The notes under the pieces are model-generated. The model was not told where the DNA came from. It saw only the letters and a program-made list of their open reading frames with translations, and did not search any database. Source: Heptranchias perlo (taxonomy: Eukaryota). From it: a stretch of 64,000 nucleotides of DNA. Below, one piece after another: positions 24,838 to 38,446 of this stretch (positions within the stretch are counted from its first letter, which is position 1; the number at the start of each line of letters is the position of its first letter). The stretch spans positions 13,702,001 through 13,766,000 of the forward strand of contig NC_090366.1 in assembly GCF_035084215.1 (NCBI RefSeq), written 5' to 3'. The translations under genes and the position numbers were made by a program.

Positions 24838-25173
24838 GTGCCGTCTTTCGGACGAGAAGTTAAACCGAGGCCCCCGTCTGCCCTCTCAGGTGGGATGTAA
24901 AAGATCCCACGGCCACGATTTCAAATAAGAGCAGGGGGAGTTCTCCTGGCACTGTAGAAGTGCAAGTTCTGTCTTTTTTTCTCTTTCTTAAAGCCTTGTA
25001 ACTCACTGCAGACAACCCATCATCCCACATAGAATCAAATTAGTCCGTGAAGACATTGTCTAGAAGCAGTTTTAATATCTGCAGAGCTGTCGGGCAAGAG
25101 GTGAGTTCTCATTTACTTGTTTCTCTTTCAGACCTTGAGAGTGAGAAGTTGATGAAATATCTGAGAGTGGACA

Positions 25174-28100
25174 ATGATCAGGAAACCTTACTTCCTCCTG
25201 TCACTTCTCCAAGGTAATATCATCGTCAGGTCGGAGATATTTATGGATAATAGTCGGTGCAAACGATCATTGTTATTGAGTTATGACGAGAGACCAAATT
25301 CAGCAGTGACTCAGTGTACTAACTCGCACCGAGTCCCGTTCACCCATCACCCCCTGTGCTCGCTGACCGACATTGGCTCCCGGTCCGGGAACGCCTCGAT
25401 TTTAAAATTCTCATCCTCATGTTCAAATCCCTCCATGGCCTCCTCTCCCCCCTCCCCCCCCTATCTCTGCAACCTCCTCCAGCCCTACGACCCTCCGAGA
25501 TCTCTGCGCTCCTCCAATTCTGGCCTCTTGTCCATCCCCGATTTCCATCGCTCCACCATTGGCGGCCGTGCCTTCAGCTGCCTGGGCCCCTAAGCTCTGG
25601 AATTCCCTCCCTAAACCTCTCCGCCTCTCTCTCCTCCTTTAAGACGCTCCTTAAAACCTACCTCTTTGACCAAGCTTTTGGTCACCTGTCCTAATATCTC
25701 CTTATGTGGCTCGGTGTCAAATTTTGTCTGATTAACGCTCCTGTGAAGCACCTTGGGACGTTTTACTACGTTAAAGGCGCTATATAAATACAGGGTTTAT
25801 TTGAGGCTCGAATGAACAGGAAATGATTCTATCGGGAGGGTAATTCTAACCGAACCCATCGGGCAGGAAACTGTAGAGATCGGATCGAACGAAGCCTTCA
25901 CTGACATCAGTAAGTTGTGTCGTCGAGCGAGTCTCTGACTCGTTATCCGGATCAGATTCGGGCAGATTTCACACCCTGACAGCAAGAGATTCATTGAAAA
26001 TATTGAATGGCAATTATATGGCTAAACGAACCAAATCGTACAATTTTAAAGGGGGTGCAGGAAGAGGGAGACCTGGGGGTTTCCGTACACAAATCTTTGA
26101 AGGTGGCAGGACAAGTTGATAAAGCTGTTAAGAAGGCATATGGGATCCTGGGCTTCATAAATAGAGACATATAAAGGCAAGGAAGAGATACTAAATCCTT
26201 TATAAAATACTGGTTAGGCCTCAGCTGGAGTATTGTGTCCAATTCTGGGCACCGCACTTTAGGAAGGATGTCAAGGCCTTGGAGAGGGTGCAGAGGAGAT
26301 TTACCAGAATGGTCCCAGGGATGAGGGACTTCAGTTATGTGGAGAGACTGGAGAAGCTGGGATTGTTCTCCTTAGAGCAGAGAAGGTTAAGGGGAGATTT
26401 AATCGAGGTGTTCAAAATCATGAGGGGTTTTGATGGAGTAAATAAGGAGAAACTGTTTCCAGTGGCAGGAGGGTCGGTAACCAGAGGACACAGATTTAAG
26501 GCAATTGGCAAAAGAACCAGAGGGGGAGATGAGGAGAATGTTTTTTACGCAGCGAGATGTTCTGATCTGGAATGCGCTGCCTGAAAGGGCGGTGGAAGCA
26601 GATTCAATAATAACTTTCAAAAGGGGAATTGGATGAAGGGAAAAATTTGCAGGGCTACAGGGAAAGAGCAGGGGGGAGTGGGACTAATTGGATAGCCCTT
26701 TCAAAGAGCCAGCACAGGCACGATGGGTCAAATGGCCTCCTCTGTGCTGTAAGATTCTACGATTGAAGTTCCTTATCAGCAACTCTTCTTCCTGCTGAAA
26801 TGATGAATTTTGCAGAAGAACAGGGAACAAGAGGTGTCTGCTGTCAGCGTTTATTGTGGGGCCCAGTTCAGTTTTCACAAACACTCAGTGAGACCATCTG
26901 TGAAAGTTGTGAACCCGTCAGAGCTGGGCCTCCATCACGTTCAGAGCTGAGACTGGAATCACACCGAGTCCCGTTCACCATCACCTCCCTGTGCTCGCTG
27001 ACCGACATCGGCTCCCGGTCCAGCAACGCCTCCATTTTAAAATTCTCATCCTCGTCTTCAATTCCCTCCCTATCTCTGTAATCTCCTCCAGGCCGACAAC
27101 CTTCCGAGATCTCTGCGCTCCTCCAATTCTGGCCTCTGATGCATCCCCGATTTCCTTCACCCCGCCATTGGAGGCAATGCCTTCGGCCGTCTGGGCCCAA
27201 GCTCTGGAATTCACGCTCTAAACCTCTCCGCCCCTCTCTCTCCTCCTTTAAGACGCTCCTTAAAACCTACCTCTTTGACCCAGTTATTGATCACCTGTCC
27301 TAATATCTCCTTATGTGGCTCGGTGTCAAATTACGCATATGAGACTATCCGATATTTGGTTTCACAATAATATTGACTGCCCAACCCTTCATCCCCAATC
27401 ACAGAATGTACTGTGCTGTTTTTTATATTCATTCTTGGGATGTGGGTGTCGCTGGCAAGGCCGGCATTTATTGCCCATCCTTAGTTACCCCTTGACAAGG
27501 TGGTGGTGAGCCGCCTACTTGAACCGCTGCAGTCCGTGTGCGAGTTCCAGGATATTGACCCAACGACGATGGAGGAACGGCCGATATATCTCCAACTCGG
27601 GATGGTGTGTGACTCGGAGGGGAACTTGGAGGTGATGAGCAACCTCCAACATTGCTGCTCTCGTCCTTTTGGGCGGTAGAGGTCGCAGGGGAGGGAGATG
27701 CTGTCACTGTAACCTTGGGGAGTTCCATGTGTACCCTGTAGATGGTACACACTGGAGCCACAGTAGGCCAGTGATGGAAGGGGGGGATGGTGGATCTCGA
27801 GTCCAGTGGATCTACGAGCCATCCAGTGCTAAATATCGATATTTTTTCTCCTCAGCTGTATTGTCACAAGAGTGGAAGGCCGACACCCCACGAGATGTGA
27901 GAGCACAGAAAGGTTTGTGTGCCCTGATTCCATGCCATTACAGTTATCCATCGAATTTGGCAAACAAACAGCGAGATGGAGTCTGGTTTAACACTGAGAA
28001 AGAGAGACCATGGGCTCCCCTAGCCTTTCACTCCAAGGACCACAGACACGAGTCGGACCGATTCAGACATCGGACCGGTCTGTCTGGAGACCTGAAAGAT

Positions 28101-31100
28101 GGCGACTGTTCCCTGATTATAAACAACATCACAGCGGAAGATGCAGGTCCTTATTTTTTCAGAGTAGAATTTGGCAACGGGGAAAACTTCAACTATTACC
28201 CAGCAACACAGCTTCACGTTTCCGGTAAGTGCTGTTTATAATTACTCATCAATTCACTTTCAACAGTCAATGGGAAATAATATAAACTATTAACACAAAA
28301 CATTATAATAACGCAGCTTCTGATTATCAATAACCAGGCGATACCTTCCAGTTCAGTCTTAAAGCAACCGTTAATACTCACTTTATAATCAATGATTCAA
28401 TGTCTTGACCGTGTCCATTAATTGTCAATTTTATGAGATTTTGAAGACCTCTATCAGGTCAGCCCTCAGCCTTCTCTTTTCTGGAGAAAAAACCCCCTTG
28501 TGGGACTGTGGTTTATATTTGAACTGATTCTCCAAGTTATATTTAACTAAAAGGATGTATTCTCTGCCAGATTTCACAGATAAACCCACAATATTCGCTC
28601 CTGAAATTATTGAGGGTAAATCTTGCAAAATAACCTGCACCTTCAACACAACGTGCGGGGGAACAGCACCTGACTTAACCTGGGACAATCCCACTGATGT
28701 TCCCGGGTCTGTCTCAAACAGTGTAACTCAGCATGGTGGAACTCTGACATATTCTTCTGTTCTGACTCTGGTCCCATCACCCAAACAATACGGGCAGACT
28801 CTCACCTGTAGAGTCAGCTTTCCATCTGTTTCATCGCAACGGACCCTCGCACTAACTGTTCAATGTAAGTACCAACATCCTTTATTCTACATTGCCAGTG
28901 AATGTCTACATTATGCACAGCAAGATCCCACAAACAGAAATGTAATGATGACCGGATAAACTGTTTTTTTTAGTGATGTTTGATTGAGGGATAAATATTG
29001 GCCCCAGGACCATGGGGAGAACTCCCCCTGCTCTTTGAGTAGTGGCCGTGGGATGTTATACCTTCAACTGAGTGAACAGACAGGGCCTTGATTTAATGCC
29101 TCATCCAAAAGGCGGCACTTCCGACAGTGCAGCACTCCCTCAGTACTGACCCTCCGACAGTGCAGCACTCCCTCAGTACTGACCCTCCGACAGTGTGGCG
29201 CTCCCTCAGTACTGTCCCTCCGACAGTGCGGCACTCCCTCAGTACTGACCCTCCGACAGTGCAGCACTCCCTCAGTACTGACCCTCCGACAGTGCAGCGC
29301 TCCCTCAGTACTGACCCTCCGACAGTGCAGCGCTCCCTCAGTACTGACCCTCCGACAGTGCAGCACTCCCTCAGTACTGACCCTCCGAGAGTGCAGCGCT
29401 CCCTCAGTACTGACCCTCCGACAGTGCAGCACTCCCTCACCACTGCACTGTGAGTATCGGCCCAGATTCTGTGCTTTGTGATGAAGGAACTTGCATTGAT
29501 TGATATCACACCTTTCATGATCTCAGGATCTCTCAGAGTGTTTCACAGCCAATGGAAGTTGACCAAACTCTATTTGTCTTTAGACGCTCCAAGGAATCTC
29601 TCAATTACTTCTCTTGATACGATTAAAGATTCATCGATCAATATAACTGAAGGGAATTCTACAGCCCTACACTGCTCTGTCGAAAGCTTCCCAGCTTCCA
29701 ATCTGAGGTGGGAACATCTCGGAGTCACAGTGAACAGAAGCAGTTCCAACAACGAGGTGCGATTGGAGCTTCCTCACGTGACATCCAGGGTCGCTGGAGA
29801 GTATCGGTGTGTGGCGGAGAATGAACATGGGGCTGTGGAGAGTTCCATAACCATCACCGTGGAACGTGAGTCTGGAGATACTTCCACATCTCGCTAAATA
29901 CAAACAAATTGATGAGTGACTGTGGATTTTTACAAAGTGCGTTACACGCACACCCAAGTGAACGCACACATACACTCTCCGCCTCTCTCTCCTCCTTTAA
30001 GACGCTCTTTAAAACGTATCTCTTTGACCAAGCTTTTGGTCACCTGTCCTAATATTTCCTTCTGTGGCTCGGTGTCAAATTATGTTTTGAGCATCTGAAA
30101 CGAGGTGGAGAGGCACAAAGATAGACGGCAAAAGGCACGGCCGCCTATGAAGGGGCAAAGAATGTGGAGGATGGACAAAAGGCCAGAATTGGAGGAACGC
30201 AGAATGCTCGGAGGGTTGTAGGACTGGAGGAGGTTACAGAGATAGGGAGGGTGCGAGGGCCATGGAGGGATTTGAACACGAGGATGAGAATATTTAATTG
30301 GATGCGTTGCTGGACTGGGAGCCAATTCCGGTGAGCGAGCACAGGGGCTGATGGGTGAACGGGACTCGGTGCAGAGTTTTGGATGAGCTGAAGTTTACGG
30401 AGGGGAGAGCGTGGGGAATAGTCATGACCCTGTTGACTCTGGTCTTCTTTCAGATCCACCCAAGGGAACGGCAGTGATCTTCAGTCGAGCCATGCACGGA
30501 ATAAGAGAGGGAGACAATGTCACGCTAACCTGTTCCAGTGAAAGTGTTCCTCCGGCCTCTGGTTACATCTGGTTCAGGATCGATGGCAACACGAGAGCCC
30601 AGTTAAATACAAGTGCTCGGTCCATCAACTTAGCTAACGTAACACGGGAGAATGATGCTGATTTCTACTGCACAGCCAGTAACCCATTGGGCAGCAGTAC
30701 CTCTCCCATTGTACACCTGAGTGTGGAGTGTAAGTAGTTTACTATATCTGTATCTTATTAAAAACTCATGCACTTCCTGTCCACTGACGCTTCCTTCCTG
30801 TCATTAAGTTTTCAGTGTCAACGTTTCCCATTATGGCCCACGTCCTCGTTTATAATGGGAACTGCCTATGTAAACGTCACGCTGTAATTACACCCTCCTG
30901 CCAATGGTGGCGCTGTAGCACTTACTTCTTGCATCTCCCGGCTCCTCAGCCTGCGCTGGGCTCTGACCAACTCCACTTCCCAAATTGCTCTAAATCGTGC
31001 TATTTTATTGTATTATTAAATCAAGTGTTATATTCGAATAAGGACAGATTGTCTGACTGCAAGGTGGGTATATTTTATAAGGCAATCTATTACTTATTAA

Positions 31101-34100
31101 GACATGCGTCTGGACTCCCTGAAGGGTTTAAACACCGCAGGCAGTTGGAATAGACCGGGTGTTGGGCTGTTCTTCTTTAACCCAGAGAGTAATGATCCCC
31201 TGGAATGAGTTTCCGGCTGGTGTGATTGACGCTGACTCTCTGTTTGCCTTCGAGAGGGAGCTGGACCGATCCCTGACTGGGGCAGGGATCGCATCGTACA
31301 GAAGGTAAGTATCTTTTTCGATAACACTCGGTCCGTGTGATCTCCTGGAGTGGGTTTCGATCGCCTGAGGGAGTCGGAGAGGGATTTTCTAAAGAGTTGA
31401 TTGTTAGCCTCTGCCTTACACTCTACGTTGGTCAGATGGGAATATATGTTCTGTTTTACGCCCTTAGATAAGCCGGAGATTTCCGATGTGTCGGAGTGCG
31501 CTTGGAGGGACCAGGGCTTTACCTGCGTCTGCGCGACCAGATCCAACCCTCCGGGTAACCTCACGTGGCACCTCCCCCGCGGCAACTTCACCGGCAACCA
31601 GACGCACGGCCATCTGGCGATGTCGCGGGTCAGCAACGGGCATCTGGTGACGGGCACACTGACCCTGAGGGGACGAGAGGATGAGAAGGAGGTGAAGGCC
31701 ATCTGCTCGGTTAGAAACGAACACGGAGAGGCGAGGTTCAAGGTGTATCTGTGGGTCAAAGGTGAGAGAACCTTCTGGAATCAGTCTCCGATCAGCCACC
31801 CGGGCCCTAAGCACTGGAATTCCCTCCCTAAACCTCTCCGCCTCTCTCTCTCCTCCTTTAAGACGCTCCTTAAAACCTACCTCTTTGACCGAGCTTTTGG
31901 TCACCTGTCCTAATGTCTCCTTATGTGGCTCGGTGTCAAATTATGTTTGATAATCGCTCCTGTGAAGCGCCTTGTGACATTTTACTCCGCTAAAGTCACT
32001 ATATAAATGCAATTTGCTGTTGTTCTTTTCTGATACAAGACAGCGGATTGTTGCAGAATGGTCCCAGGGATGAGGGACTTCAGTTACGTGGAGAGACTGG
32101 AGAAGCTGGGATTGTTCTCCTTGGAGCAGAGAAGGTTAAGGGGAGATTTAATCGAGGGGTTCAAAATCATGAAGGGGTTTTGATCGAGTAAATAAGGAGA
32201 GACTGGAGGTTAAGAAATATAACATATATAAATATTACACATATAGATTTTACATATATAAATATTATAGACGTAGATATTACATAAAAAAAGACTTGCA
32301 TTTATATAGTGCCTTTCACGATCTCAGGACATCCCAAAGCGTTTTACAATGATTTTGAAGTGTAGTCACTGTTGTAATGTAGGAAACGCAGCAGCCAATT
32401 TGCGCACAGCAAGATCCCACAAACAGCGAGGTGATGATGACCAGATTACCTGTTATTTTAGTGATGTTGGTTGATATATATCGATATCACATATATAAAC
32501 TCTTTCACTAATGTCCTTTAGGGAAGGAAACCTGCCGTCCTTACCCGGTCTGGGCCTACACGTGACTCCAGACCCCACACCAACGCGGTTGTCTCTTAAC
32601 TGCCCTCTGGAGTGGGTCCTCGCGAGACTCTCAGTCGGATCAAACCCACTATTGGCGGTTCAAGAAGAAGTCCCACCACCGCCTTCTCAGGGCAACTAGG
32701 GACGGGCAATAAATGCCGGCCTTGCCAGCGACGCCCGCCTCCCCAGAATGAATTTTTAAAATGGAGCGATGGGATCACTCCTCAAGTTACATCGGAGCAT
32801 CGGACTAAAACCGGGCTGCAGTAATTAATGGTTGTTTCTTACAGGTAGAGAAACACATGAATGGAAAGGAGCATTGCTTGGTGCTGGAATCACATTGTGT
32901 GGAACACTGGCCGGGATCTTAATCTTCAAGTGTGTGAGAAAGTACGTGAGAATTGTTCACTTTAATTTTACACAGAATTACATCGAATGTACAGCACAGA
33001 AACAGGCCATTCGGCCCAACTGGTCTATCCCGGTGTTTATGCTCCACACGAGCCTCCTCCCTCCCTACTTCATCTCACCCTATCACCATATCCTTCTATT
33101 CCTTTCTCCCTCATGTGTTTATCCAGCTTCCCCTTAAATCCATCTACACTATTCACCTCAACTACTCCTTGTGGGAGTGAGTTCCACATTCTCACCACTC
33201 TCTGGGTAAAGAAGTTTCTCCTGAATTCCCCATTGGATTTATTAGTGACTATCTTATATTTATGGCCCCCTAGTTCTGGTCTCCCCCACAAGTGGAAACA
33301 TCTTCTCTACGTCTATCCTATCGATGGGCAATAAATGCCGACCTCGGCAACGACGCCCACATCCCATGGACGAATAAAAAAAAGAACCCTTTCAGAATTT
33401 TAAAGATCTCTATCAGGTCACCCCTCAGTCTTCTCTTTTCTGGAGAAAAGAGCCCCAGCCTGTTCAGTCTTTCCTGATAGTTATAACCTCTCAGTTCTGG
33501 AGAAACTGTTTCCAGTGGCAGGAGGGTCGGTAACCAGAGGACACAGATTGAAGATAATTGGCAAAAGAACGAGAGGGGGAGATGAGGAGAATTTTTTTAC
33601 GCAGTTTGAAAGGGCGGTGGAAGCAGATTCAATAATAACTTTCAAAAGGGGAATTGGATAAATACTTGAAGGGGAAAAATTGCAGGGTTATGGGGGAAAG
33701 AGCAGGGGGGGAGTGGGACTGATTGGATAGCTCTTTCAAAGAGGCGGCACTGGTACAATGGGCCGAATGGCCTCCTTCTCTGCTGTGTGATTTTATGATT
33801 TTATGTATGCAGACAGAAGCAATGACAGAGACAGCCCAGTACATGCTGTAACGTTACAGTGGAGACTGTACATGTCCTCCTCTGACACTCCGATATATAA
33901 TAACCACAGTGTTATATTCTGCTTTTGCAGGAGGAAGGAAGCAACTGAGAACAGAGCTTCGGAGGCCAGTGATGTTGAAATGACCAACAGTCCATTCTCT
34001 GGGATACACGAGGTAACGGGACCTGTTTGCACCTTGTCCAAAGCCTCAATCTCAGCAGGTAGTTGACACCTGTCGGAGATTCCCCGGTTGGTTTGCCCAC

Positions 34101-37100
34101 GAGTTTCTGTCTGTGGTGTCGGCCGTGGCCCAGTGGGGTGTCAGTCTCTCGCCTCCGAGTCAGAAGGTCGTGGGTTCGAGCCCCCACTCCACAGGCTCGA
34201 GCCCCGTAATCCAGGCCGACATTTCCAGTGCCAGTCCTGAGGGAGCGCTGCACTGTCGGAGGTGCCGTCTTTCGGATGAGACGTTAAACCGAGGCCCCAC
34301 CTGCCCCTCTCAGATGGGCCATAAAAGATCCCAAGGCCACTGTTTCAAGGAACAGCAGGGAGAGTGTCATGCCTGGATTATGGGGCTCAGACTAAGAGAG
34401 AATACAAGAAGTTCTAAGATAGGTTTACGGTGTATGTGTGTAAACGTATGAAGTGTGGCAAACACAGTTGGTGAGCTGCAGGCGCAAATAACCACATGGG
34501 AATATGATGTCATGGCGATAACGGAGACCTGGTTAAAAAAAGGACAGGATTGGGTCTTAAATATTCCTGGATGCACGGAGTTTGGGAAAGATAGGGAAGG
34601 AAAGATAGGAGGGAGAGGGTGGCAGTATTGATTAAGGAGAATATTACAGTGCTGGAGAGAGAGGATGTCCTGGAGGGGTCATTGACAGAATCTATTTGGT
34701 TCGAGTTAAGAAACAAGAGAGGTGCCATTACACTACTGGGTGTATCCCATAAACCACCAACTCGTGGGAAGGAGATAGAGGAGCAAATTTGCAGGGAAAT
34801 TACAGAGGGGTGCAAGAACTATAGAGCAGTGATAATGGGGGACTTCAACTATCCTAATATAGACTGGGATAGTGGGACAAAGAGGGGGAGGAATTTCTGA
34901 AGTGTGTTCAGGAGAACTTTCTGGATCAGTATGTTTCCGGCCCAACGAGGAAGGAGGCATTGCTGGATCTGGTTCTGGGGAATGAGGTGGGCCAAGTGGA
35001 GCAAGTGTCAGTGGGGGAACATTTAGGGAACAGTGATCATAGTATCATAAGGTTTAGATTAGTTATGGAAAAGGACAAGGAGCAAACTAGAGTAAAAATA
35101 CTCAATTGGAGGAGGGCCAATTTCAGTGGGTTGAGAACGGATCTGGCCCGGGTAAATTGGAATCAAAGATTGGCAGGCAAAACTGTAACCAAGCAATGGG
35201 CAGCCTTTAACAAGGAGATGGTTCGGGTACAGTCCAGGGACATTCCCACGAGGGGTAAAGATAGGGCAACTAAAGCCAGAGTTCCCTGGATGACGAAAGA
35301 GATAGAGAGTAAGATGAAGCAGAAAAAAGGTTGATAATACAAGTGAGAACCAGGCTGAATATAGAAAGTTCAGAGGGGAAGTGAAAAAGGAAATAAGAGG
35401 GACAAAGAGAGAGTATGAGAATAGACTGGTGGCCAACATAAAAGGGAATTCAAAAGTCTTCTATAGGCATATAAATAGTAAACGGGTAGTAAGAGGAAGG
35501 GTGGGGTCGATTAGGGACCAAAAAGGAGATCTACGCATGGAGGCAGAGGGCATGGCCGAGGTACTAAATGAGAACTTTGCATCTGTCTTTACCAAGGAAG
35601 AAGATGCTGCCAAAGTCACAGTAAAAGAGGAGGTAGTTGAGATACTGGATGGGCTAAAAATTGATAAAGAGGAGGTACTAGAAAGGCTGGCTGTACTTAA
35701 AGTAGATAAGTCACCAGGTCCGGATGGGATGCATCCTAGGTTGCTGAGGGAAGTAAGGGTGGAAATTGCGGAGGTCCTGGCCATAATCTTCCAAACATCC
35801 GTAGATACGGGGGGTGGTGCCAGAGGGCTGGAGAATTGTAAATGTTACACCCTTGTTCAAAAAAGGGTGCAAGGATAAACCCAGCAACTATTGGCCAGTC
35901 AGTTTAACCTCGGTGGTGGGGAAGCTTTTAGAAACGATAATGTGGGACAGAGTTAATTGTCACTTGCACAACTGTGGATTAATAAAGGAAAGTCAGCACG
36001 GATTTGTTAAAAGCAAATTGCGTTGAACTAACTTGCTAGAGTTTTTTTGATGAGGTAACAGGTCGATGAGGGCAATGTGGTGGATGTGGTGTATATGGAC
36101 TTTCAAATGGTGTTTGACAAAGTGCCGCATAGAATCATAGAATCATAGAAGTTTACAACATGAAAACAGGCCCTTCGGCCCAACATGTCCATGTCGCCCA
36201 GTTTATACCACTAAGCTTGTCCCAATTGCCTGCACTTGGCCCATATCCCTCTATACCCATCTTACCCATGTAACTGTCCAAATGCTTTTTAAAAGACAAA
36301 ATTGTACCCGCCTCTACTACTGCCTCTGGCAGCTCGTTCCAGACACTCACCACCCTTTGAGTGAAAAAATTGACCCTCTGGACTCTTTTGTATCTCTCCC
36401 CTCTCACCTTAAATCTATGCCCCCTCGTTATAGACTCCCCTACCTTTGGGAAAAGATTTTGACTATCTACCTTATCTATGCCCCTCATTATTTTATAGAC
36501 TTCTATAAGATCGCCCCTAAACCTCCTACTCTCCAGGGAAAAAAGTCTCAGTCTATCCAACCTCTCCCTATAAGTCAAACCATCAAGTCCCAGTAGCATC
36601 CTAGTAAATCTTTTCTGCACTCTTTCTAGTTTAATAATATCCTTTCTATAATAGGGTGACCAGAACTGTACACAGTATTCCAAGTGTGGCCTTACTAATG
36701 TCTTGTACAACTTCAACAAGACATCCCAACTCCTGTATTCAATGTTCTGACCAATGAAACCAAGCATGCCGAATGCCTTCTTCACCACCCTATCCACCTG
36801 TGACTCCACTTTCAAGGAGCTATGAACCTGTACTCCTAGATCTCTTCGTTCTATAACTCTCCCCAACGCCCTCCCATAATAGGCTTGTCATCAAGGTTGA
36901 AGCCCATGGAATAAAAGGGGCAGTGGCAGCATGGATACAGAATTGGCTAAGTGACAGGAAACAGAGAGTAGTGGTGAACGGTTGTTTTTCGGACTGGAGG
37001 GAGGTGTACAGTGGTGTTCCCCAGGGGTCAGTGCTGGGACCACTGCTTTTCTTGATATATATTAATGACTTGGACTTGGGTGTACAGGGCACAATCTCAA

Positions 37101-38446
37101 AATTTGCAGATGACACAAAACTTGGAAGGGTTGAGAACAGTGAGGAGGATAGTGATAGACTTCAAGAGGATATAGACAGGCTGGTGGAATGGGCGGGCAT
37201 GTAGCAGATGAAATTTAATGCAGAAAAATGCAAAGTAATATGTTTTGGCAGGAAGAATGAGGAGAGGCGATATAAACTAAATAGTACAATTCGAAAGGGG
37301 GTGCAGGAATAAAGAGACCTGGGGGTATATTTGCACAAATCGTTGAAGGTGGCAGGACAGGTTGAGAAAGCGGTTGAAAAAGCATACAGGATCCTGGGCT
37401 TTATAAATAGCGGCATGGAGTACAAAAGCAGGGAAGTCATGATGAACCTTTATAAAACACTGGTTTGGCCACAACTGGAGTATTGTGTCCAGTTCTGGGC
37501 ACCGCACTTTAGGAAGGATGTGAAGGCCTTAGAGAGGGTGCAGAAAAGATTTACTCGAATGGTCCTAGAGATGAGGGACTTCAGTTATGTGGATAGACTG
37601 GAGAAGCTGGGATTGTTCTCCTTAGAGCAGAGAAGGTTGAGAGGAGATTTAATAGAGGTGTTCAAAATCACGACGGGTTTAGATAAAGTGAATAAAGAGA
37701 AACTGTTTCCATTGGCGGAAAGGTCGAGAACCAGAGGACACAGATTTAAGGTGATTGGCAAAAGAACCAGAGGGGGAGATGAGGAGAATGTTTTTTACGC
37801 AGTGAGTTGTGATGATCTGGAATGCGCTGCCTGAAAGGGTGGTGGAGGCAGATTCAATCGTGGCTTTCAAAAAGGAATTGGATAAATATTTGAAGGGAAA
37901 AAATTTGCACGGCTACAGCGGGGGAATGAGACTAACTGTAGCTCTTAAAAAGAGCCAGCACAGGCTCGATGGGCTGAATGGCCTCCTTCTGTGCTGTTGC
38001 GATTCGATGTCTCTGGAGTGGGGACTCGATCCCATGACCTCCTGGCTCAGAGGCGAGAGAGAGAGAGAGAGAGAGAGCTACCCTCTGAGACACAGCTGAC
38101 ACTAGTTGGTCTCTGCAACCTCATAATTTAACCCTTATAGTCCCGGTAAAGGTGGTAAATGGTCTAACGATATCTCGTGCTTCCAATTTCTTTGTAGGAG
38201 GCCCAGAACACAGAGGTTGTTAACCCCTGGAACACCAGCAGTGACGAAACAAACGAGGCGGAGACACCAGGTGCCCAGAACCTCCCTGAAGGTCCTGCAG
38301 GAGGAGATACCGGACAGGAACAGCCCAGGGACCAGGAGGACCTTCTCTACGCCAACATCAACTTCCTCAAGCTGCCCAGCGGTGACGGGACTGTTCACAA
38401 GGCGGAGGGCACAGAATACGCACAAATCAAATTCCAGTCAAACTGA
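25174..38446 (+). CDS. Complete MAG/CD22-like inhibitory Siglec (V-set + 4 C2-set, TM, ITIM+ITSM), ~660 aa, gene 3
   Basis: Phase-consistent exons: 25174-25213 (MIRKPYFLLSLLQ), 27856-28224 (V-set LCALIPC..DCSL..PYFFRVEF, essential Arg present), 28571-28864, 29584-29865, 30454-30729, 31468-31761 (MAG-d5-type ECAWRDQGFTCVCAT), 32845-32941 (TM WKGALLGAGITLCGTLAGILIF), 33931-34012 and 38198-38446 (LLYANI, TEYAQI). The total of 1983 nt is divisible by 3. Confidence 0.9.
26030..26765 (+). mobile_element. CR1 LINE 3' fragment
   Basis: LERVQRRFTRM..LEQRRLRGDLIEVFK motifs plus 3'UTR. Confidence 0.85.
28960..29470 (-). mobile_element. Deu-SINE with 33-bp minisatellite (~10 units)
   Basis: Same SINE core and repeat unit as 15720-16650. 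Confidence 0.8.
34391..38008 (+). mobile_element. Near-full CR1 ORF2 (APE endonuclease + RT), frameshifted
   Basis: ITETW, GDFNYP, LDLVL and SDH endonuclease motifs; KSPGPDG, GVPQGSVLGP and KFADDTK RT motifs; several stops and frameshifts. Confidence 0.92.
36131..36875 (-). mobile_element. Nested antisense 5'-truncated CR1 inside the larger CR1
   Basis: The 237-aa minus ORF is a CR1 RT C-terminus with a (TTCTATGA)n tail. The host sequence resumes as gtgccgcata/ataggcttg. Confidence 0.88.

Noticed and set aside
34113-34200. tRNA gene (A/B-box-like GGTTCGAGCCC)
   Set aside because: It is the tRNA-derived head of the SINE and runs directly into the SINE body.
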